This document shows positions 27,188 through 40,000 of a stretch of DNA of 64,000 bases, piece after piece. The stretch's first letter is position 1. Every line of letters begins with the position of its first letter. Origin of the DNA: Laetmonice hystrix (lineage: Eukaryota). The position numbers and the translations under genes were made by a program. The stretch lies in contig OZ249436.1 in NCBI GenBank assembly GCA_965235115.1, positions 6,450,001 to 6,514,000 of the forward strand, in the 5' to 3' direction. The notes under the pieces are model-generated. The model saw only the letters and a program-made list of their open reading frames with translations. It did not search any database and was not told where the DNA came from.

Positions 27188-28030
27188 GGCGATACGTGAG
27201 GCCGATTGGGCGTGATAACGCGTGCTCCGATGGAGGCGTGGAGGTTGATAGAATGGGCGTGGACCCGCTGAGACCTGATCATCCTTGAAATAGAAGCTGT
27301 CATGAATTCTTCCATGCGATTCTCAAGAAATGCTCCCAATATTCAGCTTTAATTTAAAAGCTCTTTTTTGTTAAAGTTAAAACTGAGTTTAAACAGTAGT
27401 TGTTTGATTCATGTTGACAACCTGAACATGACCGTAGGGGAATTATGGAAATGGATTAAACATGTTATTTCCAACGGAATTAGCATCAATTATGGTTGAA
27501 TTCCTGTACTTCCGAGCTGTTTATCAGAATTTGATAAATTTCACAAAAATGCGACACCTGTATTGTGTGCCTGATACAGTTGTATAACTGTATAAATGCA
27601 ATTTGGAAGGTTATTTTACGTGTTTTGCTCAAATCAAATCAAAACCTTTTTCTGATTCATTGCGCTCCCCGACCTTTACAGAGGTTTTATGTGAGATTGG
27701 TCGTATAAACCCAAATACAATGTAATGAATTTTAACCCGGAGATTAAAGATGGAATTAACCAGTAATCAGGTCGATGTAATGTGCCGCTAAACCCTGGCT
27801 TACCTCACCAACGTTTCAAAAGTTAGAAAACCCCTCCAATATTACCCGATTATATCATTAACAGGACAACAGCCTGAATCAGCATGACATTTTTAGGACA
27901 GCCCATTATAATTATGTAAATGATTGATTATTTTAATAGCTGACTGTGACCAAGTGTATTTTCTAGCTGCAGACATCTCTTGCGATTTGAAATCTTGACC
28001 GCGAGATTTAATGGTACTGTGCGCCAGTCT

Positions 28031-28258
28031 CGTCGGGCAGAAACCGTTGGTACCAATGGCGGATGGGGGCCCGGGTCCCACGGTGTTAGTATTGGTGATG
28101 CAGCCAGGTCGTGGGGCAGAAACCGTTGGTACCAATGGCGGATGGGGGCCCGGATCCCACGGTGTTAGTATTGGTGATGCAGCCAAATCGTCGGGCAGAA
28201 ACCGTTGGTACCAATGGCGGATGGGGGCCTGGATTCCAGAACCCGTGATGCAGCCAAA
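28031..28258. repeat. 79-bp tandem repeat, ~2.8 copies
   Basis: CAGAAACCGTTGGTACCAATGGCGGATGGGGGCC recurs at 28038, 28117 and 28196. It contains the palindrome TTGGTACCAA. Confidence 0.92.
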
Positions 28259-29889
28259 TGAGTCCCGAGTGTTTAGAATAGACCTGGTCACAAGTGAGAA
28301 AGAAAATCTAGAGCTACAGAAAATGATTTCGTTCCTCCCAAATATTGGTAACCAACGACGACATGGTTTGCCTCTGGGATATTGGGAAGCAAAGCCAGCC
28401 GTTTTGAACCAAATGGAATAGACCTAGCTCGATCTCTTATTTAGGCTATAGCGGCGATATTTTATGTACTCGATAAGAACGGCAAGAAGGAGTTATGAGT
28501 CATGTGAGATATAGGGAGAATGACTTATGATCAAGAGCAGATACTGTCAGTGAAACACGCCAGTCTATGTGTACAATACGGCACCGACTGTGATGGCCTA
28601 GCCTTAATTTGCATCAAAATCAATCATGCATACGTGCAGCTGTGTACAGACCGGCAATTGTGAAGACGAACGGGCCCTGGTTGTGTAATTATGTAAATAT
28701 TTCATGTAATCCTCAATTAGTAAGTCTTTTTCTCGCTGAACAGGTTTAGAGCCGAGAAGCTGTTGGTCGTGTATACGTTATGTTCAGTCTGTAGTAATAT
28801 ATTTCCATCAACAGAAAGATGATGTATCTAAGCACATTACACCTCGACTGAGTCTATGTCATATGACATGAACAGCCGCTGAACACTTATAACAAGTTGC
28901 CATGACCACCTCCATCTTACTGTTGCCACAGTTACATTCAGCCTCATTGTGTCCCAGATCGTTTAAATGTTTTTAAATCCGTACCTGAAGGGTCTTACAG
29001 AATGCTCCAAACGGATGATGTGGGTATGAGATGAGGACGTCCTCAGTAATTGCCTTGGGATTTGTTAGTTGACGTTGGAGCCATCCATTCGGGCGCTGCC
29101 GTAATGTGCCATATGGCTCTGTTTGTGCCTGGGAGAGGACGGATGCAGTGGTAGATTGGGACGGTGAGAAATGTTCGCATTCAAATTGTGTCATGAAGTC
29201 TTACCCAGATGCTCTCAGCCAGAGGTGTTGCGCATCATTCAGCATTTATTTGTTCAGTAGGTTCAGCAAGTGGCAATTCTGCGCCGATGTAATGCATTCA
29301 GTGGATTTGGAAATTGCATGATTGCACACATGGATTCAGGCAATCTGTACGAAAATGATTTATATTGTCAGACTTGTGCAATGCCTCTTTAGAATGGACA
29401 GCAATTGCCCTTGCAAATACTGGGGAAATGATGGAAGGTCGCAGGACAATATGGAAGGAAATTTCGTACAAGGACTGCAAACATATAATTTATTTCTTCT
29501 AACACACCTCGTTTAATTCTAAGTTCGCTACATGTTCCGTTCACATCAGTTTTATTTTGTGAAACTCATATGATGTGATACACTGTGGATTTATTTAAAA
29601 CCCTAAAGATTTTGAATTTTAAAAACTTAAGCCTTAGATAATCTATATTCATGCTTTAAGTAGTTCGAACTGCACTTAAATAAATTGATTCCCCAAGATC
29701 TGTGCATTGACTGTGCATTATGAATCAGTCTTGACTGTGCATTATGAATATGACGGGAAAGAGCATTTTAATAGTCAGCTGGACCATTAAACAGCCACAG
29801 TACATCCTGAACTCTTTTTGAGCACACAATGTCAGCTCATTATATTCTGTGGCACTGGTTCGACTTTCTATACTGCACAACTAGAATAG

Positions 29890-30228
29890 AAGCGATGACG
29901 TCAAGATTTCTTGAAGGGCGAGGTTCATGGTCTGTAAAGGGGGGGGGACGTCCTCTAGCGCCGAAGGCGCGATGCAAACATCCGAAGGGGGGTCTGGGGG
30001 CTATTTCCCGAAATCTGGAGATTGTGACGGAATGCGAAAGTTTCTCAAAGCATTTAGGTCTAGCCTACCAATCATTTTTATCTCTTCAAAAAAGGGGAAG
30101 CACGAGCCCCTGCGCGCCCCCTTGGATCCGCGCCTGCAAAAGTTACGCAAGAAGGGTCCTATAGGGCCCAAGGGAGGGGGGGGGGGGTCGACCCCCCCCC
30201 CCCCGAACTCCCCTCTGGATCCCTGCGT
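29890..30228. mobile_element. One or two adjacent GC-rich MITE remnants
   Basis: G and C runs, a GCGCCGAAGGCGC hairpin, and two 3' ends of the form CCCCTTGGATCCGCGCCTG and CCCCTCTGGATCC. Assignment relies on recalled similarity to invertebrate non-autonomous DNA transposons. Confidence 0.5.
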
Positions 30229-30737
30229 CAACAGAATTTTCCTTCAATCTCTTTATCATTACCTATTACCGTCCACTGGGATGTTTAAATAGATTAGCCC
30301 TAGAGATCATGCAAAACCCAGGTATACGCAGGTCTTAGCAGAACAAAAATTACGTTTAGGCGATCAAATACGCCTATGTCTTATTGGTTAGGACTTACCA
30401 TGGAGCCCCTGGCTTTATCCACCATGAAATCACGAGTAAAAAACTAAAAAAAGGCAGGAAATTAATATAACCCTGAACGCCGCATTCTCCCATTAGTTCA
30501 GCTTTGGGCTGTTGTCATTTGTGAAGAATTCCATCAAAGGCGATATACCGCTCCTGTATCCCACAGATAGTTATTTAGCAAAGCCTGCGTGTGGTCGACA
30601 AGTGACAAGTGTTGCTGACGGGATCTGGTGAATCTGAGATTATCTTCAGACAGGTAGGAGGAAACAGACATCAATAGAAGACGGCTACCACGAACGTAAT
30701 CCTCACCTACTTGTAGAATTGGATTACAGATGTGGCG

Positions 30738-31030
30738 ATATCAGCGGGAGAGTTGGTGACTGGTTTCATCTAGACAAGAGACCTTGGTGGATGTGATAAT
30801 ATACGGAATGGTGATGTCAGCGGGAGAGTTGGTGACTGGTTTCATCTAGACTAGCGACCTTGGTGGATGTGATAATATACGGAATGGTGATGTCAGCGGG
30901 AGAGTTGGTGACTGGTTTCATCTAGACTAGCGACCTTGGTGGATGTGATAATATACGGAATGGTGATGTCAGCGGGAGAGTTGGTGACTGGTTTCATCTA
31001 GACTAGAGACCTTGGTGGATGTGATAATAT
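30738..31030. repeat. 76-bp tandem repeat, ~4 copies
   Basis: CAGCGGGAGAGTTGGTGACTGGTTTCATCTAGAC recurs at 30742, 30818, 30894 and 30970. Confidence 0.95.
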
Positions 31031-33661
31031 GACGTAGTACCTCAAACTTAGACCAGAAGGCCGATCACTGAAGGACATCAGGGGGGATGAAGAAAACCTG
31101 TGTGGTGGAGCATGATGAGTTTTATAAATTATTACAGTACAGTGTTACGACTGCATTCTAAGTTTGACAGCTTGACTGGAGGATAGCATAATCCGGGCTG
31201 ACAAGTGTTGCTGCACAGTATAGTTTATCATGTTGCGTCTTTTTAAACACTAATTCTTGACTCGCAGGGTCCATGATATCCCAGTCAGTTGATTATCGTC
31301 TTGTCGAATATGCATCGCCTGGGTGCGACTTTTTTTCTTTCATTTAGAATTCGCTGTACATCGGATTATTATACCCTAGGTATGCCAGGTGTGTATGGGG
31401 AGACTTTTCATTAGGCCCAATTAGGCCTACATCGAAAAATTAACTCACTAGCTAATTAACAAAATCCAGTTTATAAAAAATACAACTGAATTATTAACTG
31501 TCAGCTGTATGATTTCATGAACGTGATGTCTTAAGTCAAATTGTGTTGTAATCTCTACTGGGTAGATTTAGGATGCAATGTGGCTGATCTGAACATGTAC
31601 TTTGATGTCCATTGTTCATGGCATCCATTGTTGACATACAGAGAAACTCTCAGGAGCAATCATCAGTCTCGTAGTCTCTCGTGTCCGTGACCCACGGTCA
31701 TAAATACGGCTTTGAGGTTTGCTGAATAGCAGCCGCAGAGTGGCCGGCCGACGGAGTTCAGTATGAATCTGGACATTGTGCAGAAGGTGTGTTCCAACAG
31801 TAGCCTGATGCCGACCATGTGATGGTCACTGGGATGGTAATCAGTATCCGGTATCTACGGTCGCCTGACTGTGATAACGGCGATAACCGTGCTACACGCC
31901 GCATACAGATTGTCTATCATAATAATAATATCATCCACATTGTGGGACAGTGCACTCGTGCTAGACCACTGGAAATTGTGGGGGGAGGGGTACAGTTCTA
32001 TACATTATGGTGTATGAGGCCGTCACCTGCAAGGCCTATCGCCACACAGATTGTCATTCTCTGTGCGCTATAGAGATAGATAGAAAAGGTAGAGATAAAC
32101 ATTGGAAATGAGAACATTGACGAGACCGAAAATGACAGTCACAGTTGGTCCGAAAACCGAGATGGAGAGCGAAGTAAACAGTGGACAGTGCCAGGGCCCC
32201 GTGACTCCAGGATTCGTTAGTACATTCTTTAAAGAAATTTACGATAATGACGGGCAAGTGTTGCTCTACATTATTTCTTATCGTATCTTATCGTAGAAAA
32301 ACATAAAAATTCTTACTTCCTCAGGGGGCTAGCTTAAGAAGTAAGAGAGCATCATTATTGTATCGTATCATAATAAGATTTTAAGTTTTTCGGTGGCGTA
32401 TAGATGCAGGTTTTTAACCAAAATATGTCGCTCGAGTGTCATATTAGGTAACCACACACTAGTCTAAGACTAAGAACTACGCAGATGAGGAGCAACGGGG
32501 CACTCGTATGCAGTAAAACTACATTTCTTGCCTCCATATTCGTTTTAAAAAAAGATTTCCTACGTCCCATATGGGCCTATTAGGCCTACTCTGTCACTTG
32601 GCAGATGCTTTGTGGTTAGAATAAAGTACCGACCTCAAAAGCAATTGTGCCGGTGTCACCTAAATTAGTACATATCCATGGATGGCTTCTTCACACTGCC
32701 GCTATAGGACAGGCGTGGAATTAAATGGGTTTACTCCCTCGAGAAAACCCTGTGCCACAACGTATGCCATTACTGAGGACCCACCGGGAACTGCAAGCCA
32801 ACAGGTATTACCAGCGCGAGACCTTATGATGGCACCGCCCGGATGATGCGATGGTAGAGAGCTATGGTGAGAGGTTTTTTCATTAAGCTATGTGAACCAA
32901 CACGGTAGAACACATTTGGTGAAATACGCCAAGAGCTTTACGAGTGAGAAAGGGGACTGTCTTTGAAGGAATGTACAGTAAAGCACCAGTAGATTGCCAA
33001 TCGGAAATATACAGCCGAACTGTGCGTCCCCTCGTTGTGAAGTTGCCGTTGACATTATTTTGTGTCCCCCAATCGCCCTGTTTTATTTCTATTACTTTGG
33101 TCCTCCGCCACAAAGGAAGCGGAAGAACAGATATAAGAGCTTTGTAATCCAAAGAGACAGATGTAACGTTATATCATTACAATATGGGACGATGCTTCTC
33201 AAGAGTAATTGGAGCAGGCCCCTTCTATCTTTAAAATACTGAAGCACACAGCACTATCACAGCTTGTCGGTATAAGGTATCAGTTCATTATTCGCCATAG
33301 TAGCATTGGTAACTGAACACGCCCTCTTGATGTTAAAATATTCGACTATTCAAACGTAATCTTTTTCAGGGAAAGCCCCGAAGAATTACCATTTTGACTG
33401 TCACTTAGATCCCTCAAAGCCGTAGTTTTGCCCCAAAAGTTTTCAATCCTGCAACGCCCCTTCCCCACTTTGTTATTATGGCTAAATTAACGGATTTCTT
33501 CATCACACGGCAAAGGTGCATGCAAACCCTTTCGGTGAAGCACTTTAAGGAATGCAACAGCGAATTTATCCAATGATGGCTGCTTCACTACCATACGGAG
33601 CCAATTTGGTGAATTAGTTTTGAGTGGAATGTAACACTAGGTAGTGAGTTCTCAGCCTTAA

Positions 33662-35242
33662 TTAGCCCCCACAACGGGGGGCTTATAATTCGACCTCCGT
33701 CCGTCCGTCCGTACGGCCGTCCGTCCGTCCGTATGTCCGTAGACAGCGATTTCTCAGAAGTGTATGGGTCGATTTCTTTGAAACTTCACACAAGGATCAG
33801 GGATGAACTGAGGATGATGCACGTCAAACAGGTTTTTGATATCATTCAAAATGGCCGCTTGGCGGCCATCTTGGATGTAAACACATTTTGAGCAATAACT
33901 CAGCCAAAACAATCACGATTTCTTTCAAACATGGTGCAGGGATGAGGCATAATGAGGGCCAATATGCATCACAATAAAATTTCAATTCAGATCCAAAATG
34001 GCGACATGGCGGCCATATTTGTTTCTTGACCCCCACAATGACACTGTTTTGGCTTATATCTTGAAAACGGTGCAAGATGACGCAATAGTTACTATTATTG
34101 ATAGATAGGAAGTCATATATGACGTTTCATTTGGCGCCATTTTCGATGACCTTGAGCGACCTTGAAAGGTCAATCAAGGTCATGCATATTTTCAATAGCC
34201 TGGATCTTCAAAACAGTTAAAGATAACGACATAATCTTGCAAGAAACATTACATAATGATCCGGGACAGTCCACAGATGAGGCAGGTCAAAGATATTTTT
34301 GACATCAGTCAAAATGGCCGCGTGGTGGCCATCTTGGATGTAAACACATTTGGAGTAATAACTCAGACAAAACGATCCCGATTTCTTTCAAATTTGGTGG
34401 AAAGAAGGTGTATATGAGGGGCAATGTATATGCCAATGTATTGCTAGATCAGAGGAAATATGGCGACATGGCGGCCATATTAATATTTCCCCCCCCCCAT
34501 AACACTGTATTGGCTCATATCTCGAAAACGGTGCAAGATAAGGCAATAGTTATTATTATTGATAGATAGGAAGTCCTATATGAAGTTTCATTTGGCGTCA
34601 TTTTCCATGACCTTGAGCGACCTTGAAAGGTCAATCAAGGTCATGCATATTTTAATGGCCTGTACCTCCAAACCAGTTGAAAATAACAACATCTAATCTT
34701 GCATGAAACATTACATAATAACCAGGGACAGTCTAAGGAGGACACAGGTCAAATATATCATTAAAAATGGCTGCTTGGTGGCCATCTTGGATTTAAAGAA
34801 ATTCGAAGCAATAACTCTGACATTTTCTGGATTTCGTTCTTGCTGACAGAATGCATGAGGGGCAACAAGCGTGCCAAAAGTACGCATAGTTCCTGGACCC
34901 ACAGATAATTTGTCCCTACTCAGTTGGTTCACGCCAGATAACGCTATCAAACTGTACATAACTGACCTCTAAAGGTCAATCGAGGTCAAGCATATCTACA
35001 AAACACTTGACGTCGGATAACACTATCAAACTGTACATAACTGCATAGTTATTGCAGACACATGCATCTTTACGCCGGATAACGCTATCAAGCTGTACAT
35101 AACTGCATAGAACTTAACTAAGTTTATGAAGTTTCATTTGACAATATTTCCTTTGCCCTTCAAAGATCAATTGAAGTCGTGCATCGTTTTTTCAAGAATC
35201 CATAGTTCGTGGTGGGGGCTATAAGCTTCACAAGCTTGTTTT
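33662..35242 (+). mobile_element. Non-autonomous Helentron-associated element (HINE / DINE-1-like), ~1.58 kb
   Basis: The 5' subTIR TAGCCCCCACAACG overlaps a 5' hairpin (AGCCCCC...GGGGGCT) and is followed by a (CCGT)n microsatellite at 33696-33740. Internal ~460-bp repeats carry AAAATGGC(C/T)GC at ~33848, 34311 and 34764. The 3' subTIR CGTGGTGGGGGCTA (35208-35221, one mismatch) is followed by the hairpin AAGCTT-CAC-AAGCTT and a T-rich end. Confidence 0.85.
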
Positions 35243-35535
35243 CTTTGTGGCGTGATTGGTGATTGAAGAGTAAGATGTTTTCAAGCTTGGTAAGTGCCTT
35301 GCCATTATCAAAGCATTGCTGGTGATTACTACGTTAGTCATGCTCGGAGACTTTGTAACAATGTTGACTGATGCTGATTACTGTCCTATTGATTCATCAG
35401 GCTTCTGTAAAAGATGCTGATGTTTCTTCTAAGAACCATCCCAATCTTCCCAGTCTGGTCGTATGTGTCCATCAATAGTATGAGACGTGACGGAGAACTT
35501 TCCTTGGTCAGTTATTGTGAATGCTCTCGATAGTG

Positions 35536-36984
35536 AACTGGACAACTGATGCTGGTATCCCTAATAAATCTGTGGACTTCTGATTATCTGTCTCTGTCTC
35601 TCGACAGGAACTGGACAACTGATGCTGGTATCCCTAATAAATCTGTGGACTTCTGATTATCTGTCTCTGTCTCTGTCTCTGTCTCTCGACAGGAACTGGA
35701 CAACTGATGCTGGTATCCCTAATAAATCTGTGGACTTCTGATTATCTGTCTCTGTCTCTGTCTCTGTCTCTGTCTCTCGACAGGAACTGGACAACTGATG
35801 CTGGTATCCCTAATAAATCTGTGGACTTCGCAACGATATGATTATCTGTCTCTGTCTCTGTCTCTGTCTCTGTCTCCGTCTCTCGACAGGAACTGGACAA
35901 CTGATGCTGGTATCCCTAATAAATCTGTGGACTTCTGATTATCTGTCTCTGTCTCTGTCTCTGTCTCTGGACAGGAACTGGACAACTGATGCTGGTATCC
36001 CTAATAAATCTGTGGACTTCTGATTATCTGTCTCTGTCTCTGTCTCTCGACAGGAACTGGACAACTGATGCTGGTATCCCTAATAAATCTGTGGACTTCT
36101 CATTCTCTGTCTCTGTCTCCGTCTCTGTCTCTCGACAGGAACTGGACAACTGATGCTGGTATCCCTAATAAATCTGTGGACTTCTCATTCTCTGTCTCTG
36201 TCTCCGTCTCTGTCTCTGTCTCTCGACAGGAACTGGACAACTGATGCTGGTATCCCTAATAAATCTGTGGACTTCTGATTATCTGTCTCTGTCTCCGTCT
36301 CTGTCTCTGTCTCTCGACAGGAACTGGACAACTGATGCTGGTATCCCTAATAAATCTGTGGACTTCGCAACGATATGATTATCTGTCTCTGTCTCTGTCT
36401 CCGTCTCTCGACAGGAACTGGACAACTGATGCTGGTATCCGTAATAAATCTGTGGACTTCTGATTATCTGTCTCTGTCTCTGTCTCCGTCTCTCGACAGG
36501 AACTGGACAACTGATGCTGGTATCCGTAATAAATCTGTGGACTTCTGATTATCTGTCTCTGTCTCTGTCTCTGTCTCCGTCTCTCGACAGGAACTGGACA
36601 ACTGATGCTGGTATCCCTAATAAATCTGTGGACTTCTGATTATCTGTCTCTGTCTCTGTCTCTCGACAGGAACTGGACAACTGATGCTGGTATCCCTAAT
36701 AAATCTGTGGACTTCTGATTATCTGTCTCTGTCTCTGTCTCTGTCTCTCGACAGGAACTGGACAACTGATGCTGGTATCCCTAATAAATCTGTGGACTTC
36801 TGATTATCTGTCTCTGTCTCTGTCTCTGTCTCTCGACAGGAACTGGACAACTGATGCTGGTATCCCTAATAAATCTGTGCACTTCGCAACGATATGATTA
36901 TCTGTCTGTCTCTCTGTCTCTGTCTCCGTCTCTCGACAGGAACTGGACAACTGATGCTGGTATACCTAATAAATCTGTGGACTT
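35536..36984. repeat. Compound minisatellite: 17 copies of a ~52-bp core separated by variable (TCTGTC)n tracts
   Basis: Core CGACAGGAACTGGACAACTGATGCTGGTATCCCTAATAAATCTGTGGACTTC. Unit length varies from ~73 to 106 bp, mainly with hexamer count. Confidence 0.96.
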
Positions 36985-37000
36985 TCTGTCTCTCTGTCTC

Positions 37001-37053
<53 letters not shown>

Positions 37054-37080
37054 GTCTCCCTCTCTCTCTATCTCTATCTC
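36985..37080. repeat. (CT)n microsatellite
   Basis: Imperfect CT dinucleotide run that ends the compound array. Confidence 0.95.
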
Positions 37081-40000
37081 AATAAAACCAATACCAAATG
37101 TGGATTCTATCACTGTTAATGGTATTGTCAAAGACTGATGCAGTAATTATGAAGAAATCCCAAAAGAGTTCACACTCATTAATAATTGTAGATATCCTAT
37201 GTAAACGGATATTGTTCTCAACTTTACATTAATATTTCTGAGTAGTCATGTTTACTCTTGCGCAGATCTCGTTACAAATGGCAGGATTAGGGATAATATT
37301 AATTCAATTTACATAAAGATGCCCTGTACCATAAAGTTGGGCTTCGTTTTCTCTTGCGCGATTTGAGTGATTTACGAGCCCATTAGCAGACTTTGGAAAG
37401 CTTGAGAGGATGGAATATAATATTGTCATGCTGTCGTAATGATTACGAGTCTGAAAGAAGGTAAACTTTGCCAGGCAGTCACCTGATCCGTTTTGTGAGA
37501 TACTGAGATGTAGCACTGAGATCTAAGGCGTGTCATTAAATCGCGTTATTGCAATGAAAGACCCGTTATCATAGTTTTCACACAGATTAAGTTCAGGTTT
37601 CAAGAATGATTGACGATGAAAATTTCATGAAATGTCTCTTTGTATTTTTCATAATCCTGCGATTGAAATTATGCAGATTATCCGACATGCTTTATGTGGT
37701 TTTAATTATGTTTTTTTTACATTATCCCATTCTCGATCTCATCTTTCAGAGGCTTGAGTCTCACAGAGATAGCCCAACTTCATCCCCTGTGTCATTTGAT
37801 ACCCTATTTAAGACAGATCATTTTCAAATTTGCTTGAAAAAAAGAAGAAAATCGAATTCATTCCCGTTCTTTGAATTGTCCCACTTGAAGGGATTTGTTT
37901 GGTAGGTTTGAATCTAACAATAGAAAACAGGTTTGAGGAACACTCTCCACAAGATGCGTAGTTTCATTATGTCAGCTAACGATGCGGCAGTGTCTACCTG
38001 CTTTGATCTGCCCAACCTGACGCTGGCTGATGGTGTAGCCGCAATTACTAACATTCTGGGCAGCAATACCACAAGGATAGACATTAGTAACAGATGTGGC
38101 GGTGATCCTTCAAAGTGGCGACAATTTTCACATTTGTATGTACATGTGTGTGTGTCTCCTGAGAACTTAGAGGGCAGCAAGGCAAACTAAACCTTGCTCA
38201 CAGGAAGTGTTCATGTTTAAATTATAAATCGCGATCGGCTTGGTGATCCGGCTACCAGATTGATCTATCTCTCATACAGCCTTAACATCGCAGGGTCAGA
38301 ATACCTACTGTATATAGACTGTCGGTTATTACAGCAAGTTCTTAAACCAGTTTAGTTTAACCAAATTTTCAAACACCAGTTGTTTTGGATATTAGGCAGC
38401 TATTGCATTTGAATGTTGTATGGAAAGCATTTTCCTTTTCGCGTTTCTCTATTGTATTCCTTTACGGCATGCATTTCCAGGATGATATTAAATTTCTGAT
38501 AAGAGCAGTAAATTAGATAGAGTTACCCAATCTTCTCAATATAAAACCATCCGCCAACTAAAAAATATACATACATGTATAGGTAGCTTGAGAAACAGCC
38601 CGAAGCAGCGGCCAGGCATGGGCTGAATGGTTCCAAATCACGAGGGCCTTCTTCGGAGAACTATATTGTTGCAGCCAATCAGGGGGCATAACCCGAGTCC
38701 CGCGGGGTTGTCAAGACCTATTGGAGATGTAGCAATCTTATTATGCACAGTTCATTGAACTCGCATTACCTACCGTAACTAAATGAGGCAGGAATTTGCT
38801 GCTCACTGTGAGATGGGACGATTGGAAAATTGAGTTCTCTGTGAGGTAATCACGGGCAAAAACAGTGCCCTTCAACAACTCTTGTCGGTAGCAAAAAAAG
38901 TTTGGAGTCTGAAACTTGGGGAATAGGCCTACCTGCTATAGTGCGCCTTGTTTGGATAATATAGCTGTGTCCGGACATTGCTCGATATCCTGGACATAGT
39001 CACTTTAAAGGATATTAAACTGTAATTTCACCACTACTTTCCACATGCAGTTATTATAAAGCACAGCAACGAAAGACCCATGTTAGTTCTACTGTTAACA
39101 TCTCTTCATGTATCAAGATATATTATTGTATCAAGATACATATTGCTGTAGTTAGATTGACAAGCTGTAATCGAAGCAATGAAAAGGACACTGGTCTAAA
39201 CGTTCCTGATTCCGCCATCAATGATGCAGTGCTTCCTACATCTTCAGTGAGCACTGTAAGGCGATACCCTCCCAGGCTCGGAGTCGTTATTCGATTGAAC
39301 GAAATCATAAAGAGAAAATTATGCTGTGAATAGACCACACTTTAAAGCGAGATCATCGGAGCTGCAACAAAGAGAGATATATGACAGTGAACATGTCGGA
39401 GGGCTTCACCGTGAAACCGTAGGCAACATCATAGGATCGAGGTTCTTGAGGGTTGGATCTAAATCTGATTGTGCCAGTCCTTCGCACAGCTTTGTTACCG
39501 GTGTCTCTTGGAATCAATACTTGAAGTCTGTATGACGGAACTCTCTGGTCAATATAAATCACATGGCGGGTTAGGTCTGTATCAGTCTTCCAATTCCTAA
39601 ATCGAAATCCGCCCCATATGGTGACTGTGATCTGTGTGCGTCAAATACTGTCGGATCTTACCGACGAAAACACTCGAATGTTGCTACATTTTGGTAGTGG
39701 ATTGCCGCATTACGTGTACACGTCACAATACCAAAGATCCGGCAAAGTAGCACCGAATAATTCTGTGCAGACTGTGCTACAGATAAGATTATACTGTCAC
39801 AGATCCTGCGTTCTCCGCTCTGTGGTACGAATTTTACATATTGCCCCTTTTTTCCTTCACGAATATTCTGAATCAGAAAGCGTTGGTGGTTTTTATGTTG
39901 TCGTGTGGTATATTTCTGTCAGTATATTGAGACCTGCACTCGGGCCGCTTTGAAGTGGTTTTGAATCCCCCCCATCGTGTCTTTTTTCCACAAGGAACAT

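Noticed and set aside
35536..36984. CRISPR-like array (constant repeat plus variable spacer)
   Set aside because: The spacers are only different counts of TCTGTC, not unique sequences. There are no cas genes and the context is eukaryotic.
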